Part shown: piece by piece, positions 1 through 9,867 of the stretch
How positions within the stretch are numbered: the first letter of the stretch is position 1
How the letters are laid out: each line of letters opens with the position of its first letter
Origin: an uncultured Curvibacter sp.
Lineage (GTDB): Bacteria; Pseudomonadota; Gammaproteobacteria; Burkholderiales; Burkholderiaceae_C
Assembly: GCA_903834975.1 (NCBI GenBank)
Contig: CAILKX010000092.1
Span: 2,384 to 66,383, forward strand
Length of the DNA: 64,000 nucleotides
Reading direction: 5' to 3'
Notes under the pieces: generated by a model
Database searches by the model: none
Told to the model about the DNA's origin: nothing
Seen by the model: the letters and a program-made list of their open reading frames with translations, nothing else
Position numbers and translations under genes: made by a program

Positions 1-2
1 CC

Positions 3-545
3 CCGGCGATCACCCGTGAACGCGAACTGGCCACGCGTTGCGTGGGCTTGCCAGGTGACTTGCCGATGCGGACCGACGAGCGCGGCGCCCCTGTGAACCG
101 CGCCTTTGCCGACGTGCCACAAGATGCACCCGAGTTGCACCCAGAGCCTGGCTTTGAAAACGAAGTGCATGCCTTCAACCTCTTTGCATTCTTGAGCCGC
201 AGCCAAGTGACTTGGAATCCTTCTTTCACCAGCGTGGTGAAGTACAGCTACATGTGCCCGACCACCGAAGAACACATTCTGCCGATCCTGCACTCGAACG
301 ACCGCGTTGAGTGGTTCTTCCAGATGAGCGATGAAATCAGCTGGGATTGTTCACACCGCGACACCGGCGCGCCGCTGGCTCGTGTGATCATGAAGGCGGG
401 CGACATGGCGGCCATGCCCGCTTATTGCCGCCACCAAGGCTACAGCCCCAAGCGCTCGATGTTGCTCGTTTGGGAAAACGGATCGCCTTCATTGGTTTAC
501 GAAATTCAAAAGGGCGATGCCCCTGAAGTGCCCGTCCAGTTCTGA
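3..545 (+). CDS. hapD: Hydroquinone 1,2-dioxygenase large subunit (HapD/PnpD/HqdB-type cupin), 5'-truncated by window edge
   Basis: Frame is open from position 3. LHSNDRVEWF and RHQGYSPKRSMLLVWENG match the Fe(II) His/Glu/His ligands of HQ dioxygenase large subunits. Followed by ALDH and maleylacetate reductase as in hap/pnp clusters. Confidence 0.85.
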   Translation, partial: PAITRERELATRCVGLPGDLPMRTDERGAPVNRAFADVPQDAPELHPEPGFENEVHAFNLFAFLSRSQVTWNPSFTSVVKYSYMCPTTEEHILPILHSNDRVEWFFQMSDEISWDCSHRDTGAPLARVIMKAGDMAAMPAYCRHQGYSPKRSMLLVWENGSPSLVYEIQKGDAPEVPVQF

Positions 546-633
546 GCCTTTGCGGTTTTGAACCAATCAACCTGCAACCGAACCTTTACTCTTAAACAAG
601 GCCCGCATCCGTCAAAAGATGCAAGGAGTTTTC

Positions 634-2142
634 ATGGACCTGTCTGAAATCGCCAAGGCGGCTGGTTTGCGCACGCCTGTGCGGCACCAACTATTTATCA
701 ACGGCGAGTTTGTCGATGCGGCCTCTGGTGAGACCTTGCCGACACTCAACCCGCATGACAACAGCCTGATTGCGGAAGTGGCGATGGCGGGTGCAGCCGA
801 TGTGGAAAAAGCCGTCCAAGCGGCGGAGGCAGCCCTGCCCAAGTGGCAGCGCATGGCCGCCATGGACCGGGGTCGCATCTTGCTCAAGTTGGCCGATTTG
901 GTGGAAGAGAACGCCGAAGAATTGGCCCGTTTGGAGTCGTTGGACACGGGCCACCCGATTCGCGATTCGCGCATTTTGGATGTCCCCCGCACGGCGGTGA
1001 CCTACCGTTATTTCGGCGGCATGGCCGACAAGTTTCAAGGCGAGCAAATTCCGGTGGAAGCCGGATTTTTGAACTACACCTTGCGTGAACCCGTGGGGGT
1101 GGTCGGTCAGATCGTGCCTTGGAATTTTCCCTTGATGTTCACCAGCTGGAAAATGGCCCCTGCCTTGGCCGCGGGGAACTGCGTGGTGATGAAGCCCGCT
1201 GAAATCACCCCCTTGTCCTCGCTCAAAATTGCCGAGCTGATGGCCCAAGCAGGCATGCCCCCCGGCGTGGTCAACATCCTCCCGGGTTTGGGTCAAATTG
1301 CAGGTCAAGCCATTGCCGATCATGAACGCATTGCCAAAATTGCTTTCACGGGCAGCACCGCGACGGGGCGCCGCATTGTGCAAGCGAGCGCGGGCAATTT
1401 GAAGAAGGTCCAACTCGAACTGGGTGGTAAAGGGGCCAACATTGTTTTTGAAGACGCCAACCTGGTGGCCGCTGTCAACGGCGCCGCTTGGGCGATTTTC
1501 CACAACCAAGGTCAAGCTTGCATCGCGGGTTCGCGTTTGATGTTGCACGAAAAAATTGCCGACGCCTTCTTGGAAAAATTCATCCCTTTGGCCAACAGCA
1601 TTCGTCTGGGCAATCCCTTGGACCCCAACACCGAAATGGGCCCATTGACGAGTGCCCAACAACGCGACCGCGTGCTGGGTTATGTGCAGGTCGCCAAAGA
1701 CCAAGGCGGCGAGATTTTGGCCGGCGGTCAAGCACCTGGCGGTGAACTCGCGAAGGGTTGCTATGTCCAACCCACCATTGTGCGGGTCAAAAGTGCGCAA
1801 GACCGGGTCGCACAAGAAGAGGTTTTTGGCCCTTTTGTCACCGTTCTCACCTTCAAAGACGACGCCGAGGCTTTGCAGATCGCCAACAGCACCGACTACG
1901 GCCTGGGCAGCGGCTTGTGGACCAGCAACTTGCAACGGGCGCATCGATTTGCACGTGATCTCAAAGCGGGCATGGTTTGGATCAACTCGTACAAGCGGGT
2001 GAATCCAGGCTCGCCTTTTGGGGGCACTGGCTTGTCGGGATACGGTCGTGAAATGGGTTTTGACGCCATGCGCGAATACACCCAAGTGAAAAGCGTTTGG
2101 GTCAATGTGGACGCGCAAATCACCCCGCATTACGCGCGTTGA
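634..2142 (+). CDS. hapE: Aldehyde dehydrogenase, probable 4-hydroxymuconic semialdehyde dehydrogenase
   Basis: GSTATG, LELGGK (Glu) and NQGQACIAG (Cys) motifs. AAGGAG SD at 623-628 favours ATG 634. Substrate inferred from context. Confidence 0.82.
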   Translation: MDLSEIAKAAGLRTPVRHQLFINGEFVDAASGETLPTLNPHDNSLIAEVAMAGAADVEKAVQAAEAALPKWQRMAAMDRGRILLKLADLVEENAEELARLESLDTGHPIRDSRILDVPRTAVTYRYFGGMADKFQGEQIPVEAGFLNYTLREPVGVVGQIVPWNFPLMFTSWKMAPALAAGNCVVMKPAEITPLSSLKIAELMAQAGMPPGVVNILPGLGQIAGQAIADHERIAKIAFTGSTATGRRIVQASAGNLKKVQLELGGKGANIVFEDANLVAAVNGAAWAIFHNQGQACIAGSRLMLHEKIADAFLEKFIPLANSIRLGNPLDPNTEMGPLTSAQQRDRVLGYVQVAKDQGGEILAGGQAPGGELAKGCYVQPTIVRVKSAQDRVAQEEVFGPFVTVLTFKDDAEALQIANSTDYGLGSGLWTSNLQRAHRFARDLKAGMVWINSYKRVNPGSPFGGTGLSGYGREMGFDAMREYTQVKSVWVNVDAQITPHYAR

Positions 2143-2166
2143 AGCCGTCTTGAGTTCCTGCACGCC

Positions 2167-3267
2167 ATGAAATCATTTGCCTACTCCCCTTTGCCCGGCC
2201 GTGTCGTCTTCGGCGCTGGGCGCTTGCGCGAGGTGGCCAAGGAAGCGGCTGCCTTGGGGATCAGAAGGGCCTTGATTTTGTGCACCCCAGAGCAGCGTGC
2301 TTTGACCGAACAAGTGGTGTCGTTGTTGGCTGATTCTTCCTCTGTTGCGGTGGCGGGGATTTTTGACAAAGCGGTCATGCACGTCCCCATCGAAACGGTC
2401 CGAGAGGCCCGTGCTTTGGCGCAAGAATGGGGCGCCGACGGTGCCATCACCCTCGGTGGGGGGAGCACCACGGGTTTGGGCAAAGCCATTGCTTTGGCGT
2501 CCGGTCTGCCCATCTTGGCCATTCCAACCACTTATGCGGGCTCTGAAATGACGCCCATTTATGGCATCACCGAGGCGGGCCTCAAGACAACCGGCCGTGA
2601 TCCCAAAGTGCTGCCACGCACGGTGATCTACGACCCTGAACTCACGCTGACCTTGCCTGCGGGGCTTTCTATCACCAGTGGCATCAATGCCATCGCCCAC
2701 GCGGTGGAAGGGCTCTATGCTCCCGATGCGAATCCCGTCAACAGCCTGATGGCCGAAGAGGGAATTGCGGCCCTGGCCAAGGCCTTGCCGGTGTTGCGCA
2801 AGGACGTCAACGACCTGGAGGCCCGCAGTCAGGCGCTTTATGGCGCGTGGCTTTGCGGTTCTGTGTTGGGCCAAGTGGGCATGGGTTTGCACCACAAGCT
2901 ATGCCATACCTTGGGGGGAACTTTCAACTTGCCCCACGCCGAAACGCACACCATCGTCTTGCCGCATGCCGTGGCCTACAACCAAGCCTTTGCCCCTGAG
3001 GCGATGGCGCGTGTGGCGCGTGCCTTGGGTCCTGCAAAAACGCCGAACTCAATGAACGCGGCCAGTGCGGCACAAGGCCTGTTTGATTTGGCCGCCGACA
3101 ACGGCGCGCCGACTTCTCTCCAATCTTTGGGGCTGACCCAAGCTGATTTAGCGCATGCGCTCGATTTGGCTTTGCAGAACCAATACCCGAACCCACGCCC
3201 ATTGGAGCGTGAGGCCTTGCAGGCATTGCTGCAAGATGCTTTCGAGGGCACAAGGCCCACAGTTTGA
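2167..3267 (+). CDS. hapF: Maleylacetate reductase
   Basis: GGGSTTGLGKA, IPTTYAGSE and HHKLCHTLGG motifs of the Fe-ADH/maleylacetate reductase family; cluster context. Confidence 0.9.
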   Translation: MKSFAYSPLPGRVVFGAGRLREVAKEAAALGIRRALILCTPEQRALTEQVVSLLADSSSVAVAGIFDKAVMHVPIETVREARALAQEWGADGAITLGGGSTTGLGKAIALASGLPILAIPTTYAGSEMTPIYGITEAGLKTTGRDPKVLPRTVIYDPELTLTLPAGLSITSGINAIAHAVEGLYAPDANPVNSLMAEEGIAALAKALPVLRKDVNDLEARSQALYGAWLCGSVLGQVGMGLHHKLCHTLGGTFNLPHAETHTIVLPHAVAYNQAFAPEAMARVARALGPAKTPNSMNAASAAQGLFDLAADNGAPTSLQSLGLTQADLAHALDLALQNQYPNPRPLEREALQALLQDAFEGTRPTV

Positions 3268-3303
3268 ATGTGATTTTTTCGGTCAATACAAAAGGAGACT
3301 TTT

Positions 3304-4557
3304 ATGAGCATTTCACGTCGACAATTTACCCAAGGCTTGGCTGCGGCAGCCGCAGTGGGCGCGGTGCCTTTGGCCTGGGCGGCCGACACGGTGAAGATCG
3401 GTTTTGTATCGCCCCAAACAGGGCCCTTGGCCCCTTTCGGTGAAGCCGATAAATGGGTCATTGAACAAATGACTGGCGCCTTTAAAGACGGCATCGTCAT
3501 CGGGGGCAAAAAGCACGCGGTTCAAATCATTTTGAAAGACAGCCAATCCAACCCCAACCGGGCCGGAGAAGTGGCGAGTGATTTGGTGCTGAAAGACAAG
3601 GTGGCTTTGGTGCTCACTGCAGGCACACCCGAAACGGCCAACCCCGTCAGCGACGTTTGCGAACTCAATGAAGTGCCTTGCATTTCCAGCGTGGTGCCTT
3701 GGCAACCTTGGTTCTTCGGTCGTAAAGGCAACCCCGCAACCGGCTTCAAATACACGTACCACATCTTCTGGGGCCTGGAAGACGTGATTGCCAACTTCAC
3801 CAATGGCTGGAAATCGGTCAGCACCAATAAAAAAGTGGGCGGTCTGTTCCCCAATGACGGCGACGGCAACGCTTGGGGCGACAAAGAGTTGGGATTCCCC
3901 AAACCACTCGCTGGCATGGGTTTTTCATTGACCGACCCTGGTCGCTTCCAAACGGGCACACAAGATTTCTCAGCTCAAATTGCCGCCTTCAAAAAGGACA
4001 ATGTGGAAATCGTCACCGGCGTGGTCATTCCACCCGACGCCAAGACCTTCTTGACCCAAGCCAAACAACAAGGTTTCAAACCCAAGGTCATTACCTTGGG
4101 CAAGGCCTTGCTGTTCCCCGGTGCCATTGAGGCCTTGGGTGATTTGGGGGATGGCCTTTCAACCGAAGTGTGGTGGAGCCCTTCGCACCCCTTCAACTCC
4201 AGCCTGACCAAGCAAAGTGCCAAGGCCTTGGCCGAAGCCTACGAAACGACCACCAAAAAGCAGTGGACCCAGCCCATTGGTTTTGCCCATGCCTTGTTTG
4301 AAGTCGCCGCAGACGCCCTTCAACGCAGCAAGTCCAGCAAGGCCAATGATGTGCGCGACGCCGTGGTCGCCACCAAACTCGATACCGTGGTGGGTCCTGT
4401 GGCTTGGAATGGCCAAGGCCCTTTCAAGAACGTCAGCAAGACCCCCTTGGTTTTGGGCCAATGGCACAAGGGCAAAAAATACCCTTATGAACTGACCATC
4501 GTGAACGACGAAACTGCCAAGAACATCCCCGTCGGTGGCAGTTTGAAGTTGATGTAA
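3304..4557 (+). CDS. LIV-type ABC transporter substrate-binding protein with Tat-like signal
   Basis: SRRQF twin-arginine leader; KIGFVSPQTGPLAPFG type-I periplasmic binding fold; GGAG SD upstream. Confidence 0.88.
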   Translation: MSISRRQFTQGLAAAAAVGAVPLAWAADTVKIGFVSPQTGPLAPFGEADKWVIEQMTGAFKDGIVIGGKKHAVQIILKDSQSNPNRAGEVASDLVLKDKVALVLTAGTPETANPVSDVCELNEVPCISSVVPWQPWFFGRKGNPATGFKYTYHIFWGLEDVIANFTNGWKSVSTNKKVGGLFPNDGDGNAWGDKELGFPKPLAGMGFSLTDPGRFQTGTQDFSAQIAAFKKDNVEIVTGVVIPPDAKTFLTQAKQQGFKPKVITLGKALLFPGAIEALGDLGDGLSTEVWWSPSHPFNSSLTKQSAKALAEAYETTTKKQWTQPIGFAHALFEVAADALQRSKSSKANDVRDAVVATKLDTVVGPVAWNGQGPFKNVSKTPLVLGQWHKGKKYPYELTIVNDETAKNIPVGGSLKLM

Positions 4558-4585
4558 TTGAACTTCAGTGATCTTCTAAGCCCCC

Positions 4586-5353
4586 ATGTCGACCCTCGCA
4601 TCTACGCCAGCCGCTAACGCCTCTGATCAAGGCACTGCTTTGTTGAGGCTGGATTCAGTGAGCAAGTCGTATGGGGCTTTGAAGGTCACGGACCAAATCT
4701 CCTTCTCGGTTCATGCCGGTGAAACCTTGGGTATTTTGGGGCCCAATGGAGCGGGTAAGACGACCTTGTTCAACCTCATCACGGGAGACGTGGGGGTTGA
4801 CCAAGGCCGCATTGTTTATCAGGGCAAGGACATCACGGCCTTGGCACCCCATGCGCGTTGCCGCTTGGGCATTGGCCGCAGCTACCAAGTGCCACAACCC
4901 TTTGGCAACTTAACGGTGTTCGAAAACCTGGTGACCGCCGCGTGTTTTGGGGCAGAGGAAGCGGAAGAACAGGCTTGGGATACCGCTGCTCAGGTGTTGA
5001 TTCAAACCGGCTTGAAATCGTTTGCCAACCAACGTGCCGGAAGTTTGACCTTGTTGAACCGCAAGCGCTTGGAATTGGCCCGGGCCTTGGCAACCAGGCC
5101 TCAAATTTTGCTGCTCGATGAAATAGCCGGAGGCCTCACGGAGCACGAGGCGCAGGCCTTGGTGGACGAGCTCAAGCGCATCAAAGCCCAGGGCACGACG
5201 ATGATTTGGATAGAGCATGTGGTGCACGCTTTGCTGGCCGTTGCAGATCGGTTGTTTGTGATTAACTTTGGTCAAGCATTGGCAGAAGGTGAACCGCAAG
5301 CCGTTATGAACAACCCCGATGTCCAGCGGGTTTATATGGGTTTGGAAGTGTGA
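4586..5353 (+). CDS. LIV-type ABC ATP-binding protein (LivG-like)
   Basis: GPNGAGKT Walker A; LLLDE Walker B; EH switch. Confidence 0.9.
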   Translation: MSTLASTPAANASDQGTALLRLDSVSKSYGALKVTDQISFSVHAGETLGILGPNGAGKTTLFNLITGDVGVDQGRIVYQGKDITALAPHARCRLGIGRSYQVPQPFGNLTVFENLVTAACFGAEEAEEQAWDTAAQVLIQTGLKSFANQRAGSLTLLNRKRLELARALATRPQILLLDEIAGGLTEHEAQALVDELKRIKAQGTTMIWIEHVVHALLAVADRLFVINFGQALAEGEPQAVMNNPDVQRVYMGLEV

Positions 5354-6057
5354 TGACAACCCCCATTTTGAACACACAGGCACTGAAGGCGTTTTACGGC
5401 GATGCCCAATCCTTGTTTGGCATCGACTTTGAATTGGCCGAGTCCGAGGTGGTCGCCATCATCGGGGCCAATGGCGCCGGCAAGTCCACCTTTTTGAAGG
5501 CCTTGACCGGATTGGTGAAGGCCAGCCCAAATGAAGTTCTTTGGCGGGGCCAAGCCATTGGCGGTCAATCCGCCCATGAGATTGTGCGGTTGGGCTTGGC
5601 TTTGGTGCCAGAAGGCCGACGACTTTTTCCCTCGTTGTCCGTGGAAGAAAACCTCTTGCTGGGCGCTCAAGCGCAGCGCTCAGGGCCTTGGAATTTAGCG
5701 CGCGTGCAAGCGCTGTTTCCCATCCTCAAGGAGAAACGGCATTTACCCGCCACGTCTTTATCGGGCGGGCAACAGCAAATGGTGGCGATTGGCCGGGCCT
5801 TGATGAGCAACCCCGAGGTGTTGCTCTGTGACGAACTGTCACTCGGCTTGGCCCCGATTGTGATTCGCGAAATTTACCAGGCTTTGCCGCAAATTTGTGC
5901 CGAAGGCATGGGCGTGGTCATCGTGGAACAAGATGTGAGCTTGGCGCAAAAAATGTCGACCCGTCTTTATTGCTTTCAAGAGGGCCGAGTGACTTTGCAA
6001 GGGCCCTCTGCGGCCTTGACCCGCGATCAAATTAGCCAAGCCTATTTTGGAATTTAA
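5350..6057 (+). CDS. LIV-type ABC ATP-binding protein (LivF-like)
   Basis: GANGAGKS, PEGRRLF, LSGGQQQM motifs; overlaps the upstream stop. Confidence 0.9.
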   Translation: MMTTPILNTQALKAFYGDAQSLFGIDFELAESEVVAIIGANGAGKSTFLKALTGLVKASPNEVLWRGQAIGGQSAHEIVRLGLALVPEGRRLFPSLSVEENLLLGAQAQRSGPWNLARVQALFPILKEKRHLPATSLSGGQQQMVAIGRALMSNPEVLLCDELSLGLAPIVIREIYQALPQICAEGMGVVIVEQDVSLAQKMSTRLYCFQEGRVTLQGPSAALTRDQISQAYFGI

Positions 6058-6062
6058 GCCGC

Positions 6063-6914
6063 ATGGACATTCTCATTCAAGGCATTTTGTTGGGCTCCCT
6101 CTATGCCCTTTTTGCCCTCGGCCTCTCGCTCATGTTCGGGGTGATGCGCCTCACGAATACGGCGCATGGTGACTTCATCATTCTGGGTGCGTTTGGCGCC
6201 TTGGGCGCCATGGCTTGTGGCTTGAGCCCATGGCTATCGGCTCTCTTGGTGCTGCCGATGGCTTGGCTGGTGGGTTATGGCTTGCAAAAAACGGTCTTGA
6301 ACCAGACACTGGGAAAAGACCCCGTGCCTTCTTTGGTGGTGACTTTTGGTATTTCCATCGTCATTCAAAACGCGTTGCTCGAAATTTTCTCAGCCGATCC
6401 GCGTTCCATTGATTCGGGTGGTTTGAACACCCTGAGTTTGAATCTGGGGGGCGATTTGTCGGTCGGCGTTTTGCCCGTTCTGATCTTGGGGCTGGCCCTG
6501 TGTGCGACTTTGTTTTTGCAGTGGTTGTTCAGCAGCACGGCGATGGGGCGCGCCTTCAGAGCCGTTTCTGACGACCCGGAAATCGCTGCCTTGATGGGCC
6601 TGAATTCAAAAACCGTTTATGCCCAAGCCACGGGCTTGGCTTTTTTGCTCGTGGCGCTCGCCGGCGTGCTTCAAGGCATGCGCACCACCGTGTCGCCAGC
6701 GGATGGTCCGATGTTGTTGCTGTTCTCTTTTGAGGCCGTGATCATGGGCGGCATGGGCAGTTTCTGGGGAACCTTGGCTGGGGGCCTGTTGCTGGGGATG
6801 ACCCAACAATTGGGCTTTCGCTGGGATCCAGGCTGGGGCATTTGGTGCGGCCATGTGGTGTTTCTGACCTTGTTGGTGCTCAAGCCACAAGGCTTATTTC
6901 CTAAAACCAAATGA
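6063..6914 (+). CDS. LIV-type ABC permease (LivH-like)
   Basis: GLSLMFGVMRLTNTAHG; hydrophobic segments; MGGMGS motif. Confidence 0.9.
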   Translation: MDILIQGILLGSLYALFALGLSLMFGVMRLTNTAHGDFIILGAFGALGAMACGLSPWLSALLVLPMAWLVGYGLQKTVLNQTLGKDPVPSLVVTFGISIVIQNALLEIFSADPRSIDSGGLNTLSLNLGGDLSVGVLPVLILGLALCATLFLQWLFSSTAMGRAFRAVSDDPEIAALMGLNSKTVYAQATGLAFLLVALAGVLQGMRTTVSPADGPMLLLFSFEAVIMGGMGSFWGTLAGGLLLGMTQQLGFRWDPGWGIWCGHVVFLTLLVLKPQGLFPKTK

Positions 6915-7921
6915 CAAACCAATTCAGCGTCAAACGGGGTCAGTCGGGTGTGGGTTTTGCCTTGACTTGGTCGGGCATCGCCTTGTTGGTGATGGTGGCC
7001 ATCTCACTGCCCTTTTGGGGGGAGTCCAGCTGGTTGCATGACTTTGTAGAGATCGGTTGCCACTTCATTTTTGCCCTGATGTGGAACCTTTTGGCAGGCT
7101 ATGGTGGCATGGTTTCGATAGGTCAACAGGCCTTCTTGGGTTTGGGCGCTTACACCATGCTGAGCTTGGGGAATTTTTACGACTTCAACCCGTTTTGGGC
7201 CATTCCCCTCAGTGGTTTGGTGGCCGCTTTGGTGTCCGTGCCTGTTTCCAAAGTGGCGTTTCGCTTGCAAGGCGGCTACTTTGCGATCGGCACATGGGTG
7301 ATTGCAGAGGTTTTTCGTTTGACTTTGGCGAACATCCCCTCCGTGGGCGGTGGCTCGGGTACCACCTTGACCGCGTTGAGGGGCATTGACAAATTCACTC
7401 GAGAATCCACCACCTACTGGATTGCCTTGTTGTGCGTTGTGGGCTCCTTGGCTTTGGTGTATTTCTTTTTGCGCAGCAAAAGGGGCCTGGCTTTGCTGGC
7501 GATTCGGGACAACGAAGTCGCTGCTGAATCGCAAGGCATTGCGGTTGGGCGAATGAAGCTCGCGGTCTATGCGGTCGCTGCTTTCGGGGCGGGGGTTGCG
7601 GGAGCGCTTTATTTTGTGGGTAATTTGCGCATCAGCCCGGACGCTGCCTTTAGCGTGAACTGGACCGCCTTCGCAATCTTCATGGTGGTGATTGGGGGCA
7701 CAGGCACCCTGGAGGGCCCCCTGGTAGGCACCTTGATATTTTGGTTGTTGAGTAAAAGCTTCAGCGACTATGGCTCTTGGTATTTACTGGGTCTCGGCTT
7801 GTTGGCCATCGTCACCACCATCTATTTCAAACAAGGTTTATGGGGCTATGTTCAGCAACGATGGGGCTGGGCACTTTTCCCCACACAACGCAGGATTGAA
7901 TTCCATGATCAACCCCACTGA
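6911..7921 (+). CDS. LIV-type ABC permease (LivM-like)
   Basis: WNLLAGYGGMVSIGQQAF, GYFAIGT and AIRDNEVAAES motifs. Confidence 0.9.
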   Translation: MTNQFSVKRGQSGVGFALTWSGIALLVMVAISLPFWGESSWLHDFVEIGCHFIFALMWNLLAGYGGMVSIGQQAFLGLGAYTMLSLGNFYDFNPFWAIPLSGLVAALVSVPVSKVAFRLQGGYFAIGTWVIAEVFRLTLANIPSVGGGSGTTLTALRGIDKFTRESTTYWIALLCVVGSLALVYFFLRSKRGLALLAIRDNEVAAESQGIAVGRMKLAVYAVAAFGAGVAGALYFVGNLRISPDAAFSVNWTAFAIFMVVIGGTGTLEGPLVGTLIFWLLSKSFSDYGSWYLLGLGLLAIVTTIYFKQGLWGYVQQRWGWALFPTQRRIEFHDQPH

Positions 7922-8234
7922 AACTTCAGCTTGGATTCACTTGGTGATTTGGCAACTGAATGGCGCCAATGAGGACGAGAAGTCCGCCCAGGCCCAGGCC
8001 GTTTTGGCTGCCTTTCAGGGCTTGTTGGGCCAGGTGCCGGGACTGATCTCGATGTCAGTGGGGGCGAATCAATTAAAGTCTGAAGGTGCTTGGGACTTGG
8101 GCCTCTCCATGAAATTTGAGTCGCTTCAGGCTTTGGAAGCCTACAACCAAATGCCCGAACACATGGCCATCAAAGGCTTGATGGGCCCCCTACGCCAAGC
8201 CCGTGCCATGGTCGATTTTGCCGTTGACCCTTGA
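7905..8234 (+). CDS. Dabb-family (stress-responsive alpha/beta barrel) protein
   Basis: 109 aa from ATG 7905: HLVIW...VPGL..MSVG.N...WDLGL..KFES..AL..Y..MPEH...MVDF pattern. Overlaps the permease stop. Confidence 0.7.
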   Translation: MINPTETSAWIHLVIWQLNGANEDEKSAQAQAVLAAFQGLLGQVPGLISMSVGANQLKSEGAWDLGLSMKFESLQALEAYNQMPEHMAIKGLMGPLRQARAMVDFAVDP

Positions 8235-8256
8235 TCATCAAACTGGAACTGTCGTC

Positions 8257-9102
8257 ATGCGCAACTTGAACCAACACACCATCACGCAAGCCGTGTTGGA
8301 CCGCATTCACCCCGATACCAACCCCCGCCTGAAAGTGGTGCTGACCAGTTTGGTGAACCACCTGCACGATTTTGCCCGCGAGGTGGCGTTGACCGAGGTC
8401 GAGCTGATGCAGGCGATTCAATACCTGACCGCGGTCGGTCAAAAATGCGACGACAAACGCCAGGAATTTATTTTGCTCAGCGATGTGTTGGGCCTGTCCA
8501 TGTTGACCGTGGCCTTGAATAACGACAAACCGGCAGGTTGCACCGAAGCCACCGTGTTTGGTCCCTTTTATGTGGAGAACGAGCCTGAAATTGCGTTGGG
8601 TGGCGACGCGGCCAACGGCGCGCCCGGAGAACCTTGCTGGGTAGAAGGTCAGATCAAAGGCCCCTCAGGGGAGGTTATTCCCCATGCCCAAATCGAGGTT
8701 TGGCAAGCAGACGCCGACGGCTTTTACGACGTGCAAAAACCCGAACTTCAGCAAGCCCAAGCACGCGCCAAGATGAAGGCCGATGCACAAGGGCGTTATT
8801 ACTTCAAAACCATCGTGGCCGAGGCCTATCCGATACCGACCGATGGTCCGGTCGGTGACTTATTGCACGCCACGGGGCGCCACCCTTGGCGCCCTGCGCA
8901 TTTACACTTCATGATCAAAGCCCCTGGCTATGAAACGCTGATCACGCACGTGTTTCGCGATGGCGACACTTACCTCGATTCAGACGCGGTGTTTGGTGTG
9001 CGGCAATCGCTGGTGGCTGCTTGGGTCAAGCAAGAGGCCGATGCCAAGGAGGGCGGGGCCACCACGCATTTGCATTTTGATTTTGTCCTCAACCCCATTT
9101 GA
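8257..9102 (+). CDS. Hydroxyquinol 1,2-dioxygenase (intradiol)
   Basis: QEFILLSDVLG, TEATVFGPF, FYDVQ, YPIP and RPAHLHF (Tyr/Tyr/His/His Fe(III) ligands). Confidence 0.88.
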   Translation: MRNLNQHTITQAVLDRIHPDTNPRLKVVLTSLVNHLHDFAREVALTEVELMQAIQYLTAVGQKCDDKRQEFILLSDVLGLSMLTVALNNDKPAGCTEATVFGPFYVENEPEIALGGDAANGAPGEPCWVEGQIKGPSGEVIPHAQIEVWQADADGFYDVQKPELQQAQARAKMKADAQGRYYFKTIVAEAYPIPTDGPVGDLLHATGRHPWRPAHLHFMIKAPGYETLITHVFRDGDTYLDSDAVFGVRQSLVAAWVKQEADAKEGGATTHLHFDFVLNPI

Positions 9103-9148
9103 CCCCATTCATTCCCTCATTTTTGAACCGCGTCCCTGAGCATTACAA

Positions 9149-9838
9149 ATGATCAACAAAATTGCCAACTCAATCGCTGAATCATTGCAAAGCGTCAAAG
9201 ACGGCGACACCGTCATGATTGGGGGCTTCGGCACCGCAGGCATTCCTGAAGCTTTGATCGATGGGTTGTTGGCGCAGGGCGCCAAAGACCTCACGCTGGT
9301 CAACAACAACGCGGGCAACGCGGAGCACGGCGTCGCCGCCTTGCTCAAAGCGGGTCGGGTGCGCAAGGTCATCTGCAGTTACCCACGCCAAGCCGACAGC
9401 TATGTCTTCGATGCGCTTTACCGCAGTGGGCAGCTTGAACTGGAGTTGGTTCCACAAGGCAATTTGGTGGAGCGCATTCGGGCAGCCGGTGCGGGCATTG
9501 GGGCGTTTTTCTGCCCCACGGGTTACGGCACTGAGTTGGCCAAAGGCAAAGAGGTGCGGGAAATTAACGGCAAGATGTATGTGCTGGAGCAACCCATTCA
9601 GGGTGATGTGGCGCTCATCAAGGCGGAAAGCGGTGACCGCTGGGGTAACTTGACTTACAGAATGGCGGCGCGCAATTTTGGCCCCGCCATGGCAACCGCC
9701 TGCGCCTGGACCGTCGCCAGCGTGCACGAGGTCGTCGAGTTGGGTGCGCTGGATCCAGAGGCGATTGTGACTCCCGGCATCTATGTCAACCAAGTGGTTT
9801 TGGTGGACCGCGTCGCCACGGCCGCCGGCGGCATTTAA
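9149..9838 (+). CDS. pcaI: 3-oxoadipate CoA-transferase subunit A
   Basis: GGFGTAG, NNNAG and PQGNLVERIRAAGAGI motifs. Confidence 0.9.
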   Translation: MINKIANSIAESLQSVKDGDTVMIGGFGTAGIPEALIDGLLAQGAKDLTLVNNNAGNAEHGVAALLKAGRVRKVICSYPRQADSYVFDALYRSGQLELELVPQGNLVERIRAAGAGIGAFFCPTGYGTELAKGKEVREINGKMYVLEQPIQGDVALIKAESGDRWGNLTYRMAARNFGPAMATACAWTVASVHEVVELGALDPEAIVTPGIYVNQVVLVDRVATAAGGI

Positions 9839-9867
9839 CCAACACGTCCCCAAAAAAGAGCTTGTCC

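Noticed and set aside
691-2163. 490-aa antisense ORF opposite the ALDH
   Set aside because: Shadow ORF of a GC-rich coding strand with no recognisable motifs. The same applies to 9182-9958, 24318-25295, 27394-28215, 30616-31617, 33670-34584 and 63245-63997.
4544-4567. TGAAGTT-N10-AACTTCA hairpin over the SBP stop
   Set aside because: Short AT-rich stem; at most an ordinary mRNA-stabilising hairpin.
7770-7904. Longer start for the Dabb ORF
   Set aside because: It lies inside the permease gene; the Dabb-like sequence begins only after ATG 7905.
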